Below, one piece after another: positions 22,987 to 37,900 of a stretch of 64,000 nt of DNA; position 1 is the stretch's first letter, and each line of letters begins with the position of its first letter. The stretch spans positions 49,141-113,140 of the forward strand of contig FLMG01004277.1 of NCBI GenBank assembly GCA_900088475.1. Direction: 5' to 3'. Made by a program: the position numbers and the translations under genes. The notes under the pieces were generated by a model. It worked only from the letters and a program-made list of their open reading frames with translations. It was not told the origin of the DNA and made no database searches. Source of the stretch: Hyphochytrium catenoides (taxonomy: Eukaryota; Protista; Hyphochytriomycota).

Positions 22987-25900
22987 ATGGCAAGAGTCAG
23001 GACTCACACACGTCACTCCATTACCGGAGCTGAGAAGCTCTCGGACATGACAGGAACGGAGGGAGACTTTCCTCCTCAGCAGTTCTTGAAGTATGGCATG
23101 GTCATCTGCCTCTTCAATGAAGACATTGGGGGATTCCTCTCCTCCGAAGGCTTCTCAGACCAGTCCTTGCTTATTCAGGCCGCAGAAGACAGAGGTGGGG
23201 TGCTAGTCCCTCATCGATATGTCAGAGACTGTCTTTTTGAGGTGGTGCCGCGAAGGGCCCACGAGGCTGAGACTGCCCTTAGGGCGGCAATGGACAGGTA
23301 AGTCGCGAGCAACGGAAAAAGATAAAAGAGTTAGTGAGAAAGGCCCGAAGTGGAGTAAGAAAGTATAATCCGATGACAGGGTCGACGAGCCTCATAGGTA
23401 GAGGAGGTTCTGAACAAGTATGTGATATGCGGGGAGAGAGTAAGGGAGAAGAGTGGACGGACAGCTCACAAGAGAGCGAAAACGAGCAGCCGATAAAAGA
23501 CAAGCATTTGCAGCTCTTTGGATGGGGGCGAGTAGATTGAAGTGATCGAAGTGAGACGATGCAGCCATACACAGCGAGAACACATCCTCGTACATCTGAA
23601 GCCTCGTCGCAGCTTGCTACAATATGTCCGCATTTTCTTAGAGCGCCTAACATTCTTCCCTTTCTATCTTCTGATCATGTAGAAAGCCCGGCCGGGGCCC
23701 GCAAAGTGCTTCTGTTATTGAAGAAGTCTATGGAGAGAACTTCGAAGAAATATCGGATCTGAAGTGGAAGGCTGACAACGAGAAAAAAGTGAATGAACTC
23801 TCCCAGAAGAAGTTCATGGGCACGACTGTGAAGTACGGTGCATATATACAGCTGCGACACGTCAAGACCAATCGGTATATCAGTGTTAATGCCAAGAGAA
23901 CGGGAGACAGGGATAAAGGTAAGAAGATAGGGAAGCGGAAGTTGTGAGCTGAGCAAGCTTGAGGCTTAAGAGAAGGCGGAAGTTAGCGTAGCAATAGCAA
24001 CCATTTTTCCGGAAGGAAGAGGCCAGTATGAAGGGCTGTGTGATTTTGGTTCACTAACGCATGCCTTAACTCATAAGTTCATGAGGGGCTTTCTCGGCCT
24101 TTCTACTGCTTGCACATTTTCTGTTTGTCTCACCTTCCTCTTCTCATCTCACGTTTCGTTCTATTTCATCACTAATGCGTCTAATCACTCAGGCATCTAC
24201 CAAGCAGAGGTAGCGGAGAGCTCAGATGGAGCGCACTTTACCATTCTTCCTCGCTTTAAACTTCGAGAACAGGGCGAGCCGGCACAGCTTTGTGACCACC
24301 TTATTTTTGTCCACCATCTTCAGAAGCTCAAGCTCTATCTCAACGTAGCAGAACAGGAGGGTGCAGCCACCTCCTCGTCATCTTGGGTGGTCAACTCCTC
24401 CACACGCTCCGTCGCAAAGTGGAGGATCCACCTGTTCAATGATATTCATGAAGCGGATAGGCTTCGGACGACTGTTCTAAAGGCCGGAGATTGCATTCGC
24501 CTTCTGCATGTCGAGTCAGACTCCTTACTCACCTATGAAGGATCAGATATACCTCGAACCGCCATACAAGGTATTCAGCGCCGCGTAGAGCCCCTCTCTG
24601 CAATTGGCTTTTGGCCCCTGGCTGAAGTTATCCTTCATAACTAACAGCTTTTCTTTTTTGGTTCACTTACAAGGGACGACAACTCAAAACGTCTTTGTCA
24701 AGGCGATCCACATTTTCCTCCAGTTCCGTTGCCTAGTCTAATCTTGCTTTCAACGCTGGACCGGCATAATCGCTTATTTGTTGTTACTCTGCCCCCAGAC
24801 ATCCAAGATTCAGGGAGGAGGAAGCCTCTTCTGGCGCCTGCGGTTGCGGAAGATAGTGACCTGTCTTCTTCCTACGGTTATTCCGGCTCCGACTCTAACT
24901 CCTTATGGGAGATAGAGTTTGCTTCTTCTTGTGAGGGAGGGCCTGTGGATTGGTCTTCTCTGTGCAGATTACGGCATCTATGTACTGGAAAGTACCTCAG
25001 CATGAAGCTGCTACCTTTGGCCCTGTCATCGCAAGAGCAGAAACAGGCTGATAGAGAATCGCCTGAAAGGGGTAAGTTCTGAAGTCAATATAGGAGTGAA
25101 TGAATCTATCATCTCCTGGAGAGCAGGCCAGAAGGCTTGCTGCGCAAGTATGGCTTTGACGGTGGGAGAAAATGATATAGCAATCGGATGAAGACTGAGA
25201 CAAGGGCCCTGATAGAGAAGCAGAAGGTTGACGGAGACAAGAGAATAAGATCGTAGACTGACAACCGCCTTTCCGCACTCATCTGCTTTGTAGTCTCCAC
25301 ATCGGTTGACGAGGAATCAGGTCCTCCGCTCCCCGAGGGTAAGTGGGCGCCTAATAATTGGGAAGAAAGCTGTGTTATACCCCTTCAACGCTTGCTAGTC
25401 AGTCTCGACTCACTACCATTCTCGGGTTTGCCCTTACTCTTCCTTTTATCTTTGTCTTTATGTGGCCTCTTGATCCAAGGAATCTCGTTGCTCTTGGTAG
25501 CAAGAGGAGAGGCCGTCGCTTCTCTCATTTTAGCTAACAAGTGCTTGATAGTCCCTTCAGTACAATATGCCATTGATGTCCTTGAGAACCCCCTCCCAGA
25601 AATGAGCAGTGTCTTTACGTTTAAAAGTCTCTCCTTAGCAACTCCAAGGTAAGCTCTCCAGGCCCACTTGTTGATACTCTACTTCCTATGTCCCTGCCTT
25701 CTTCTGTCGCAGCTAGTGAGAGAGAGAAAGTTCGCAGATGGAGGGATGAAGCTTCGTATGGAGATTTGGTAGTGCAACAGCGCTTGACCTTGTCATATTA
25801 ACTTGCTGCTTTGCCTCAGTTCGGAAATAGAGCATGGGTCGGTCGTGAGAGTAGTAAACAATGACTATGGAGCTTGCCTCCATTCAGGAGCAAGCAATGA

Positions 25901-28900
25901 GGATGAAGGAGGAGGGTACGCCTCCTCCAGTCGTCGTTCACCTCGGAAAGGTCTCCGCAATTGGCCCCTCGCCGCAACGCAGGGGGGAAATAGGCCTGAA
26001 GATGCCTTCAAGATGATTCCTGTGTCTCAGGAAGAAATGAATGACACCTTGCAACTTCTGTCTATGAAGCCGTCCCTGCAAGAGGTAAACCACTTTCTTC
26101 ACGCATACGACCCTTCAGCCTTTGCCAACCTCTAGCAGGCTTTGAAATACCTGCTTATCATGTTGTCTCGCAGCACATTCAATACCTGCGGCAGCATAAA
26201 GCACTGCCGCCCATTGACCCTCTACGAAAGATCGAAAGAATTCTTGGAAACCTCATATTCTTTTGCATTGATTCCCTTGACCCAGATCCATTAATGGCAA
26301 ACGGTAAGCTAGTAAAACCTTGAAATGGGTCCTTCATTGTCGACGTCTTTTTGCCCAAGTGCTCCGGTACTGTTTCTTTGATATGTCCTTACTCTCTTCT
26401 GTGCACTGTCCATATGGTAGCCGTATCTTGTCACTCTCACCCCTGACCTTCGCCTTGTGGTCTAAGGCGAGTCGATCCGCCAACGACAGCGTCTCTTCCG
26501 GTTCCAGCAGTACATTGAGCTCTTGACAGACTTCATCAAGTGTCACTTCTCAGTTTGGGGAGGACCACTTGACATCAAGTTTCTCGTTGCTTCGGCAGCA
26601 AATACTGCCGCTTCAAGCTCAGACGGCATTAGCAATGAGCTAAAATCCCCAAGGAGAAGGACTCAACCTCTTCTGACCGGATTGACAAGCTGGACCGAGG
26701 TACGGAAGGCCAACTCTCAGAGGATAATGGACGCTTTACGAAGCCGAGAAAAGATGTCAGTGCTGAGGCGAGTACTAAGACTGGCCAACCGCTTGCTATA
26801 TCACATATTCAAGGTAGGGAGAAGAGCATAGCACATTGGAGAGTACAGAGGCGAGTCAGGGTGTGATGGCGGAGCTCACCACAATTGACTAGCGAAAGAA
26901 AAAGAAAAAGTAAGGAGAAATGGAGGTGAAAAGCCTTCTCACACAATCCTCGTCCTGTGTCCTCTCAGGATGACCATAAGAACCAACTGCTGGCGTCACG
27001 ATGTGTGTTTCCTGCTTTTCTGCATCTCATTGGTGGCGGCTTTGGCGTTAGCGAGCCTCTTGCTCGGCTCCTGCAGGAGAATCGGGCTCTCATTGAGCAA
27101 TTGGACGTTGAGATCGTGGGACAATTCTTTGACATCATGACGCGGAGCGAAAGAAACTTGAGATTTCTTTTCTTTCTCAAGACTCTTTGCTCTGCTGGGG
27201 GAAGAGGTGTACCTCGAATGCAGGTGAGAATGGGATACCTGGGCAGCATTGATAGAGAAATGAGGCAAAGCCACAACACACATTGCGCCCCTTCCATAGC
27301 AATGTTCTCAGCTTGCTTTCTTCTATCTATTCCGCCGTAACCCTAACCTCACACTCCATTGCACTTCATCGATGACCACTAGGAAAATATTGGAGACTAT
27401 ATCCTACAAAGTGAATTACTTCCCGGCTATGTCACTCTAATGCAGTCGGACCCCACGGAACCCAATAGAATGGTCGTTAAGAGCCCGACTGCCTCTTCGT
27501 GGTGCCCTTTGGAAGTCTTTGTAGTTCGAACCAACATGCTGAGAGACAAAGAAGGACAATTCTTTCTAGCCTCTCTCTCTCTCTATTCTCATCTTTGCTT
27601 GGATAGGAACTATGCGAGTATAGAAAAGGTGGGCTGTCCAATGGTTCCTTGAAAAATTTCGTACGTCTCTATGGTCTTACACCACTAAGCCAGCACTTTC
27701 CCTTTCTTAGGTGACACGAATACTGCCCCGCAGCACTATCTTTGAAAACCTTCGAGACCAGCGGCTGCCGCTCACTGCCAGGGCGGAACTTTGCCAGATC
27801 CTCATCCACTGTCACATTGATAAAGACCCACAGCGGCCCATCTCTCTCCCCAAGCTGACCCGAGTCTGGTCAAAGCTTGACCTCTCTCTTCCCAAGCACA
27901 ACTTCGCTAAAGAAGAAAAGAGTGTGAAGGAAATTGAAGATGATCAACAGTTTTTCCATGATGTTAAGCGATGGGCTTTATCGTATCTCTCACAAACAGA
28001 AGGAGTCATCGTCATCGCAGAAATAGAGAGAAATCGACTGACCTATCTCGTACTGAAGCTGATTCTAAAGCTTGTTGAGTGCGGATTTTTCTTTACCTAT
28101 GAGGAGATCAAGACTCTGACTCGCCTGCTTGTCCTTCTGCTTGATGGGAGAAATGACTTGGTCACACGTTCCCCATCTTCTCCTCCTGTGGATTACACTC
28201 TGAATGGAAAGAACCATGGGAAGGCGAACATTCTAGCGGAACTCTCGCGGTCCTCCTTTCTGGCAGCACCTCCTTCCTCAGCAGCAGTGGACATTGACAA
28301 CAGAAGTACAAGCAGTATCAACAGCTTTTCCCAGTTTACCGGCGGAAATGAACAGCAGCTTCAGAAAGTTCTTAATGCTGCCTCCAACAAGGGTGTCTCT
28401 ACCTTGACTCGAATTGAGAGTGTAGGCGACGATGGAAAGGAACTTGGGGAGGATAGGGCTCAGCATAATAACGTCGTCGCTTCTCGGGGGGACGCGGTAG
28501 AGGATGACAGAGATATGGAAGGCAAGCATTGGAGCTCAGGATTTGCAGGTAAGCTGCAATGTAGGAATGGAGACTGCTCCTTGCCTCCAAATGCGGCGCC
28601 CAATAAGGAAGAAAAGAGGTGGTTAACCAGGCGAAAGTAGAGGTATTTGCAAAAGGATATGGCTTAACGCATCATTGCGCCTACTCTAGGTCGTTGGATG
28701 GGCCAGAGCCCAAAACCTCAGAGCACAGTGCGACAAGGAGGACTGGAGTCTTTAGACTTCTCTGAAGCTGCTAACAAGAAGCAAAGAATCGCCGAGGTCC
28801 GCTATGAGAAGAACGACCTTAACCTGGCAGTTATGAAGATAAAGGAAGAAATATGTTCCATTCTTCTCATTATTGACAACATTCATCAAGACTACCAGCT

Positions 28901-31900
28901 GTCAAGAATGTTGACTGAGATAAAGAGCAAGGAAGCAGAGAAGAGCTACCACTTCGACGTGCATAAGCTAATTTCGTCCCTCTCCGCGGATGTGCTAGGT
29001 GAGAGTCCCCTCTGGCACGAGTGTATCCTCAATTTCCCCCCATTGGATGAGCGTGGTAGCTCTGTCGCCGCCCATCCCCGACACGTAGTCTCACAGACAC
29101 GCTCTCTCTTTTCAGCCAAGCAGGGGCACGAGAATGACTATTCTCTCCAACAGCTGGCCGGCATGGACTTGGTGCCAATTTGCTTGGATCTCCTACTCTA
29201 TGAATCACCGTCTCTCGTCTCAAAAGTAGTTCCACTCATCCATCGAATGTACAGCAAGGTATACCCTGTTCGCTTTGGCTTTTCTGTCGCTTGAAGGAGA
29301 CTCAGCTTCGGTTCCTTGCCTCCATGGACCTATAAACATTCACGTCTGTTTATCTTTTTGTCAAAGTTACCCAGACTTGGCGATGCGTCGGTCAACCCTT
29401 ATCTCCTTCCGCTGTTCTCCCCGTTGTTCGCCCTCTTTTCAGCCAACTCCAATTCTCCTTATGCCGCTTTTGCTGTGTACCGTTTCTCCTCTCTACCGGT
29501 GATGGCGTTGTGTCTAATAATATGTCCTTGTTAGACGGAGTACTTGGTTGCCAACCTCAAGAAGACACAGATCTTGGTTGAAGAGGACACAATCAAAATC
29601 TATAGCGACCTTCAACAGTGCGTACCACCCGTTGTCCTTTTGCCTCTCACGTTCTTCAATCTTTTTTCAGAAGTTATAGAGGTTGTGGTAGCCGTGTATA
29701 TTCAACCTTATTGGATTGCACATAGCGTTTTATAATGCATATGATCTGTCTGTTATGTCACACTGGGGCTCTGCTTTGACCCTGCCATCAATCTGTTTCC
29801 TTTGTGTGCTGTAACAGATCTGTGGACAAGCTCAGGAGTCTCAGCGAGATGACTGAAGTATGGCTAGACATGAAGGATGATGAAGATGTTTTTAAGGCTC
29901 GGGACGTCGGTCGGCTGCTTCGCAAGCTCATAAACACCATGATGGTAAGATGCAGATTTTCCTTTTAGTCTTCATCCCCAGTCCTGCGTAGTGGCTGTCG
30001 AACAACGCTTAAACCTATACTTTCCTCCTCAGACGCGCCAGAGCTCTCAGACGCTGTCGAGTTCTAGGTATGTGTACCCTGTTCAATTCAAAGTTGAACA
30101 AGCTTACTGAGGTGCTTTTCAGATCTTTAGAGGAGGACGTTGCTCCAGCGACCACCGCCACGCCACACAGTGTAAGCGAAAGGATAGGGCTAAGAAAAGC
30201 AGATAATGATATGGGTTTCTGACGTATAATGACAGGAGATCTAATTATCTTCTTGTCTACCTCTTTAGGAGCAAGCAGTGGCCTTAGAGCTGTCGGAAGG
30301 CCTGCTTTCGCTTTCTGGCGTACCGCTATTCCCAGCAGATAAGAATGGTCATGAAGCTAGGCGTCTCTTGAGAAACTTGGAGGCCCACAGACATACAGTC
30401 AATCTCATAGCTGACGGTTCGCATCTATTTTCAACTGCGCAGGTCGGCCGCTACTCTCTGTCCCAATCTTATCATATCTCTTCCCGACAAGAGGATAATG
30501 AGCCTTTTTTTATTTTGGCATTCGCGTCTGCGGTTGGAACGCTAGTTGTCTCTCTTGATTGTCCTACGGGCCTAAAGCAAGGGAGCGTAGTAAGGTTCCA
30601 AAGGCTTTCCCATGGTGGTCGCTCCTTATTCTCTTTTCGACCCAACTCGTTGTCCACAGGAGCAGGGCAGTCGACCCCTCACTCCTCGCTCGAGCAGAGC
30701 AGTCAGCGCGGTGGAGCCTGTAGCTCTTCATTCTAGGGATGAGGGCCCGGCTGTCATGTAAGAACACATCCTCAATGGTTTCCAAAGCGTTAAAGTTTCT
30801 GGCCTGACGCTCTTCGGCTTTTAACGATTCTCTCATAGTCCTTTGTGCCCTTGCCTCCGCCTTCCTCATACGCTTACCTCACTTCTTCGTCCTCTCATTA
30901 CTACGTAGATCTTCTGAGCGGCGTCACCTGGTGCGGGATATATATCGCTACTGCTACCTTTTTCTACGGGTTTTCTGCGCGGGGAATTCATCGAACCAGA
31001 GTGTCCTGATCGAGCACGTCCCGATCTTTATTGACCATATAGGGACACTCAGCGAACCCCTCGACTTGCTGCGGTAAGCCCGGGGCCGGCTCTGTGAGAT
31101 TACATAGGAGCGAGCGAGAGGTGGACACTTCAGCATAGGTGAAAGGGAGATCATTTTGGTGTATGGCATTGTAAAGCAGCCCGCTGGCCGACACGATATC
31201 GTATAGGACACTCCTAGTTAACGACGTCAGGCCACCATTGCCCTACCTCCACAATAGCAGTATGAAGGGAGGTTCAATACGAAGAGGGAAAGGAAAAGGC
31301 AGATAGTGAGAGACAGATAGCGGGACAGAGGTTAGAGGGACTGGTGTGCCTGAGGTACATGCTTAGCAACCCAAATGTCGCCTACGCTGTCTGATTGCCA
31401 CAGGGAAATATATCGAAACAATGCGACCTTATCTCTCACTATCACAGAGGAAAGCATCCAGTCCCTCTTCCGCGTCACGTTGGAGCAGAACGTGCTGCAT
31501 CCTCAGCTCTTTGATCTGCTAGAGAACCTAGTGATCGTTCAGGGCATCCCGCTGCAGAAGACTCAAAACGTCGTCTTAAGCGCCATTTTGGATCATGAGA
31601 ACTCCGCGTTGATCTTGAGGTTTATGGATGACTCCGATGAATTTCTGGAGAGCATCATGAGCCTATGTGATGCCCCTGGTAAGGACAGACAGATCGCAGA
31701 GATCTTAGTCAGTTCAGCTGTCGTTCACTTGTGAGTGCTGCCTTTACCTGCGCTTGACATCATTCAGTGTACATGGCAAATTGTGTTCTTTGTTACTTCA
31801 CTTGTGCGCGTCTCCATTGACCGCTTCAGCAGCTTCATTGTTATACACTCTACCCTCTGCCTCTTTGGCCATTGCTCACAATAATTCTTATTCCCTAACG

Positions 31901-34900
31901 CTCTGGATACGTCGGTTCTCCATGTATCGGCAGGGGGCGAGTGTGATGAGGACATTATGTACTACGTCCGTCTTATTCAGCTGCTGGCTGCATGCTGCGA
32001 GAATAACAACGTGCAGACCAAATCCCGCTGTCAGGGTGTCTTCAGCTTGAAGACCATCATCGCGCTTCTTAGTGAGGACTCGTGCGATATGCGACTGAAA
32101 AGGGCGCTGGTGAACTTCATGAAGAACGTCTACATAGAGAGCGATAGACTCTTCTCCAACGACAATGGGGAACAATTCCAAGTTCTCCGATGCCTGAGAA
32201 CGCTCTCTCAAGACATGATCCTAAGTTTCATGAGTTCAATCCTGGAGATCGAGAACCGCCTAGGTAAACTGATTTGAAGCAGAAAAAGGCATGCCGATGC
32301 CATCGGGATCCCTCCTTCCCTGTTACCTCTATCGCCTATGGCCCAGTGTTCGTCTTGTTTTGCCAGACTTTAGAGTGACAATGTGGGCCGCTTCTTGGGC
32401 TTCTGGCCCTCCACCTTCTCTCGCTAAGCCTCTGACCTACCCAGATTTGACGGATGCTTCCAACGTGACCGTCCGAGACGACTGTCTGCCAAAGGCGCTG
32501 CTCTTCCATGGAATCCTCCCCTGCTGCAAGCTCATCTTCACAAAGATATTCGACCTGAAGCTCGTGCAGAATATGCACAAGGACGCTGCAGAGGGTTTCG
32601 CGAAGGGTCAGTGTGTTCTATAGACGAACATACCGTCTGATTGGCTAACAAATCCTTTTGTAACTCGTCAAACTCCCCAATCTCTCATGAAATCTCCTCT
32701 CCTGCGGTTACCACTGTTGAATCCACTCACCTCTTTTAGACCTGGAGCTCACAATTTCCGTCTGTGGAGTGGAGCACTGGCTTTCTGGACGGGATGAAGC
32801 GGAGCTTCGAGAGGCGGCTCGCTCTTTCGATGCAATCATTGGACGTGTCACTTGTAGTGAGCTAGCTGAGAAGTCAGCTAGGAAATGGCGGCCCACAGTG
32901 ATGAGACATACACGTGTTAATCCATCCGAACTGCGGCAGATGTGCGTATAGTAGAGCTACTTCCCTCAGTCCCAAATTAGCCTAGATATCTCTATCTGCC
33001 TACCACCGCTGTTTCCCTCGTGTCTGATCCACCCATTGCAATTGTAGCTTTCACCCTCAGGATCAGTTCTCGAGCTCCAGGCTGACAATCAGCTCCACCG
33101 GCAGCTCCTCACCTCGCAAGCGCACTCGCTTCTCTGAGATTTTTGCATCCCCAAGTCAGGTGGAGATAACCATGGAGCACATAGCGGTGGCCTCCCAGAA
33201 AACCTCGACCCCTTCTCTGCCTCTTACTATTCGACCTGTGGAAAGCCCCGGACACGCTAGGAGCAGGTCGAGCTTGCTAGGAAGGAGAAGGATCAGTGGG
33301 ACAGCGAAGGTGCTGCGAAGTCTACACTTTACTCTTGTTGTTCTTTATCTCTGTTGTTCCCTTTCTTGCTCCCCTTGCATGCATGTAAGGTGTATTAGAG
33401 GTATCGCCAGACGTTGTTTGACTTCATCACCTCTTGCCCCTCCTCTGCCATGTTCCCTTCGTCAACCGCCAAATCAGATGAAAATGGCAACGATATCCGC
33501 TTTTGGAAGCCCTGGAAAGTCTGGGAAGGGAGGAGAACGATCGTGGGATGAGCAGCTAGTCTACCGTCTCATACGCCAGATTACCTCAGATAGCGGCATC
33601 GCGCTCAGGATCAGGGCAGACTATAGGAAAATGGTAGGTAACCTGACAGGCTAACACTTCGAAGGAGAGAGTTTACATATGTCAAGTGCTCAAATGTCCT
33701 GAGTCGCCTTGTTGAGCCTTTAGTCAGCATCTTTCCACACCGTTGGTGACCTTAACTCCCTTTGCCCTTAGCTGTCGGACCTGGTGCTATACACCCGATC
33801 AGAGCATCGTCCTCTTGCTGATGGTGTCAACGGTGCTTACAAGCCTGACCTCTCGGTGCTCCTTGGAAAACTCATCAAGCAAGTACAGCTGTCGCAGGTA
33901 AAATATGTTGCTTAATGAAGAGCTTCGTTAAGGGCTTGGTCCCTTTCTTCAAGTCAAGTTTTCTCGTACCTGGAGGAGCTCCAACGTGTAGTTCTATCTG
34001 TAGCGCGCCTGGTCCCGAGCTTCATTGTGGATACCAGCTTGCCAAGAGCGTCTGGGTCATTCACTTCCCTCTTCTTTCCATCTGACGCCTGCTCGTCGAG
34101 TGTAGGCCCCACAGAGAGAAGCGTCCTCCCATATCCTTCGCCTTCTTTGTACTCTACTAGAAGGGGAGACCCCTGGATCAGAGGCCCGATATATTCTACA
34201 ATGCTCGGTAGCCCAAGCAGGCGGGATAGCCCTAGTTGTGACTCGGGTGATGGAGCAGCAGGATGACACAGAGACTTTCAACTTCTGCATCAGGCTAGGT
34301 ATTGCATTACTAGATGGCTGGAACGAGAAAAACCAGGTTCGTTTATATACCAACGTTCCTCGGGCTTCGGGGCTTCTGTCAACCTGCCCATAGACTGTCC
34401 TCAGGTTATCTATTTAGCTGTCCTAAATGGTTGGTGGGCCTTTGATATCTTCAGTTTAGCTTTCCCTACCTGCGTAAGACTAAAACTAATACCTGCTGCC
34501 CTCGCACATCTGCATGTTTAATGGGTGACTGCAACTTTAGGAGCTTTTCTTTGAGACAATTTCGTCTCCGAAGAGCTTCAACTTCTTTCCAAAGATTCAC
34601 AAAGCGATGCAGAATCTTCTTCAAGAAGTTCAGCTGAAGACTCAGCAGGAGCTCAATGCTCCTCAACTTCAATGTCAGTCGTACATCTTTTCGGGGAGTT
34701 AACCTTTGGCTTTCGGCGTTGAAAGCGGTCAGTCATCGGGAACTTAATCTTACTTTCATCTCTATATGCTGTTGCTACCCTTACGATACAGCAGGGAAGA
34801 GGGAAAGTCGGGGGCTGAGCATCTCTGCAACGCCTTATACTGTGGATACCCAGAAGTTAGCAGAAGCAGGTAAGCCACTCTTCATCTTGCATCTGCCGCT

Positions 34901-37900
34901 TGTTTTACTCTTGAAGCATGGATGAACTAGCGCGCTCTTCTCTCAAAATGCGTGATATTGAAGCGCTGTCTTTATCCTTACCTCCTCTTTCTGACGTGAC
35001 TACTTGCTGGACTTAGGTCTGAGAATTCTATCGTCCTATCCCTTGCCACTTCTCTCTCAAACCATCCCTTTGCAGGAGGGTCACTAGGAGATAACCTCGA
35101 AGAGATGACACGGATAGCGCGATTCTTACAGCTTTTGACTGAGAATCATTATCGTCCCACACAGCGACTGCTCCTTAATCAGGCTGCCTCACAGCTCAGT
35201 GTGAACATGGGAGAGTTAGTTGTTAACTGTCTTGTCGGCATGCATCACTTGCTTTCCGTGAGAAATTTATCGGTAGGTCGAACAGTAGATGAAGAAGAAA
35301 GATATTGGTCCTTTAACGGGCTATCAGCCAGCAGGTTCTTGTCGTTGAAAAGGATTAAGCCTAACAGTACCACTTTTCCTCTCTCTCTCACAGATGATTG
35401 AGCAGCTAGTGGACACCATAACAGAGTTCTGTCAGGGGCCGTGTTATGAGGCCCAGGAGTGCGTGGCAAACTTCAGATTCATTACCGCTGTGAATACTCT
35501 GATGATTGGGAGAAATGTTAATGATCTGGCCCTTGCGGTAAGATGGCTGAAGCTGTAGCACACCTGGCATGAGAACACAGGGAGGCGTTGAGTATGTCAG
35601 TGTTAGACCGAGCAATACGCTTGGTAGGGGCTGTAAAGGGCTGTAAGGGCCTGTAGAGTCTCTTTTACAGACGCCGCCACCTACAAAGGATTCCTCTTTA
35701 TGATCCTGGCCGATAGCTTCTTCCCCTCCATTGCATTGTTTGCTTTCTGGGCGGGCGGTGCAATTTGGAGCTGACTTCTCTTCATTTCTTTGCTCTCCCT
35801 TGTATCCCCAGAGAACGCGCACTCTTCGAGCCAAGCTGGTGAAGACCCTCCTTTCACTGTTCGAGGGTCGTACTGATAAAACAATCCATGAGCGTTTGAG
35901 GATGGAGCTATCAACAACTCAACTCAAGGAAAACCTCAGGGAGGTCTATGCCTACTTTATGAACAAATACCGAGTGTACGTGGCGGGCCCTTCGTCCCAG
36001 AACACTTCTCAGATGTTCGCGCGCCTCCCTTCTGTTGACTCTCGTATATCCTCGCCGCCCTGACCCTCTTTATCCTATGTGCAGATATGAACGCAATGAA
36101 GCATGTGCATCCGACCCAATCATAGAGATGGGGTTCAACATCTACATTCTAATGCACCAGGTGAGCACTCTTAGTTAGTGGCTCTGTCATAACCCTTCTT
36201 TCTCTCTTTGCTTTCTAACCAACCTCCATGAGTGGAATCTTTTGGTGCTTCCAAGTTGTCTTTCCTCTTTCCAACCGTTCTAAGCGACCCACTTCGAAGA
36301 AATTGACTGAGGACTTCTCTCTTCTTTGAAGCTGATGGACTATGATCCAGATCTCCGTTCAGAATTTCAGCCAAAACCGCGAAGCCAACAAAGTCAAGCT
36401 GACGACTGGACAGAGCCCTTTCATCTCTTTGGGTCCGCTGTTGGAGCGGCGGGCGAGACCATTGATGCCGTCGGCGAAGCCTTCTTCTCTATTCATAAGC
36501 GAATCAAACAGGGACTAGGGTAAGCGGCGGAGGGGAATAGCGTCATTGAGAGACTCCGGAGAAGGGTAGTTGAAGACCGCCGATCTAACGACACCTCATC
36601 AGGATGAGCCCAAGGCCGAATCGCTTCAGTTATAGCGCCGCGTATGCCTTCTTTGAGAGAAACTGTGCTAGAGTGGAGGTAAGAAGAGAGCTTATCATTT
36701 CGAACCCACGGGGGCCCGTTCCCAACTGCATTGTTTAGAAGTTATCTTGTCTCTAAGCGTGCGTACCGGGTCCTTTGTAGGTGCTCTGGTATGAAGAGAG
36801 TAAAGGGAACATGCTCCTTCCTTGCTATTTTCCCATCCATCCTGTCTGCTTCTGCCTGTCGATGGAAGCCAGAGAAAAGATAGTCTGGGAGGTGGAGAGA
36901 GGAAGCGAGCGCCTGACGGGCTTTTCCCGAAGGGCTATGGACCTTGTGGTTGAGATGCGGGTGAGGCAAAGAAACTGTAACCTCACAGAGGAACAATACC
37001 GACTCTCCTTCTAAATATGGATCGGTTGGCTAGGGACACTTGGCATCATTTCTCTGACATAGCTTTCGCTTATGATTCTTAAGCCGCTGGCTCTCGGGTG
37101 CATTAAAAGTTAATCGCCGCGACTGGCCCCTAATATTCTTGTTCCTTTAGCACCAAAGTTACCTCCTCAGGCATCGCAAGCTCCTTCTTCCAATCTCAAG
37201 AAACGGGAACCGCTTCAAGTTCTTAGCATTCGTTCTGGCAGTGGTCATCAACCTCCTTGTCTTCTTCTTCTACAGAGCTCCAGGCATCACTGGCACGCCC
37301 CTGCTTGATTTAGAGAGAGGAGGAGATCTATCGTTCTCCGTACCTCTGCTTGGGAAACAGATTAACACGGCTATTCTCATTCTTTGTTGGTGTCAGGTGA
37401 GAATCTTTGGAGAGGAGAGAGGAAGAACGAACCCGTCCAGAGGCCCAACCCTGAAGCGCGGTTGACGAGCCTAAACGCCACTGTTGTCCAGTTGGCTTCT
37501 TAATTTTGATTATGGCTTTGAACCCTCTCTGTACTTTCGTCTTTGAACTGTCCTTTTATCCCTGTCGCTGTGCCGGCTATCGCACCTCATCATGGACTCT
37601 TCCTTCGTGGTTCTTGTCATTCTTTCTCTTCACTAGCTCTTCTCTAACTCGTACTTGATGCAGGTGGTGGCCTCGGTTCTCGTCGTCCTAAGCTTCATGG
37701 TGAACGAGGCGCCCCCTATCCTAGAAAAGCGATGGAAGCGATGGAAAGAAGATCTCTTCCATCAGACCTCGGATGGGAGACTGCAAGGAAAGGAGATAGA
37801 CAGACGTCTTCGGCATATGAAAGAGCCGATCATCTTTCCACTCTTCGGTGAGCTTCCTAGCCTTTGACTCCCTCTCCCTTCTGACTTGTCAGTTCAGAGC

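Noticed and set aside
36961-37014. Apparent premature stop in the IP3R (EQYRLSF*)
   Set aside because: It lies in an intron: the donor at 36961 splices in frame to HQSYLLRH at ~37151.
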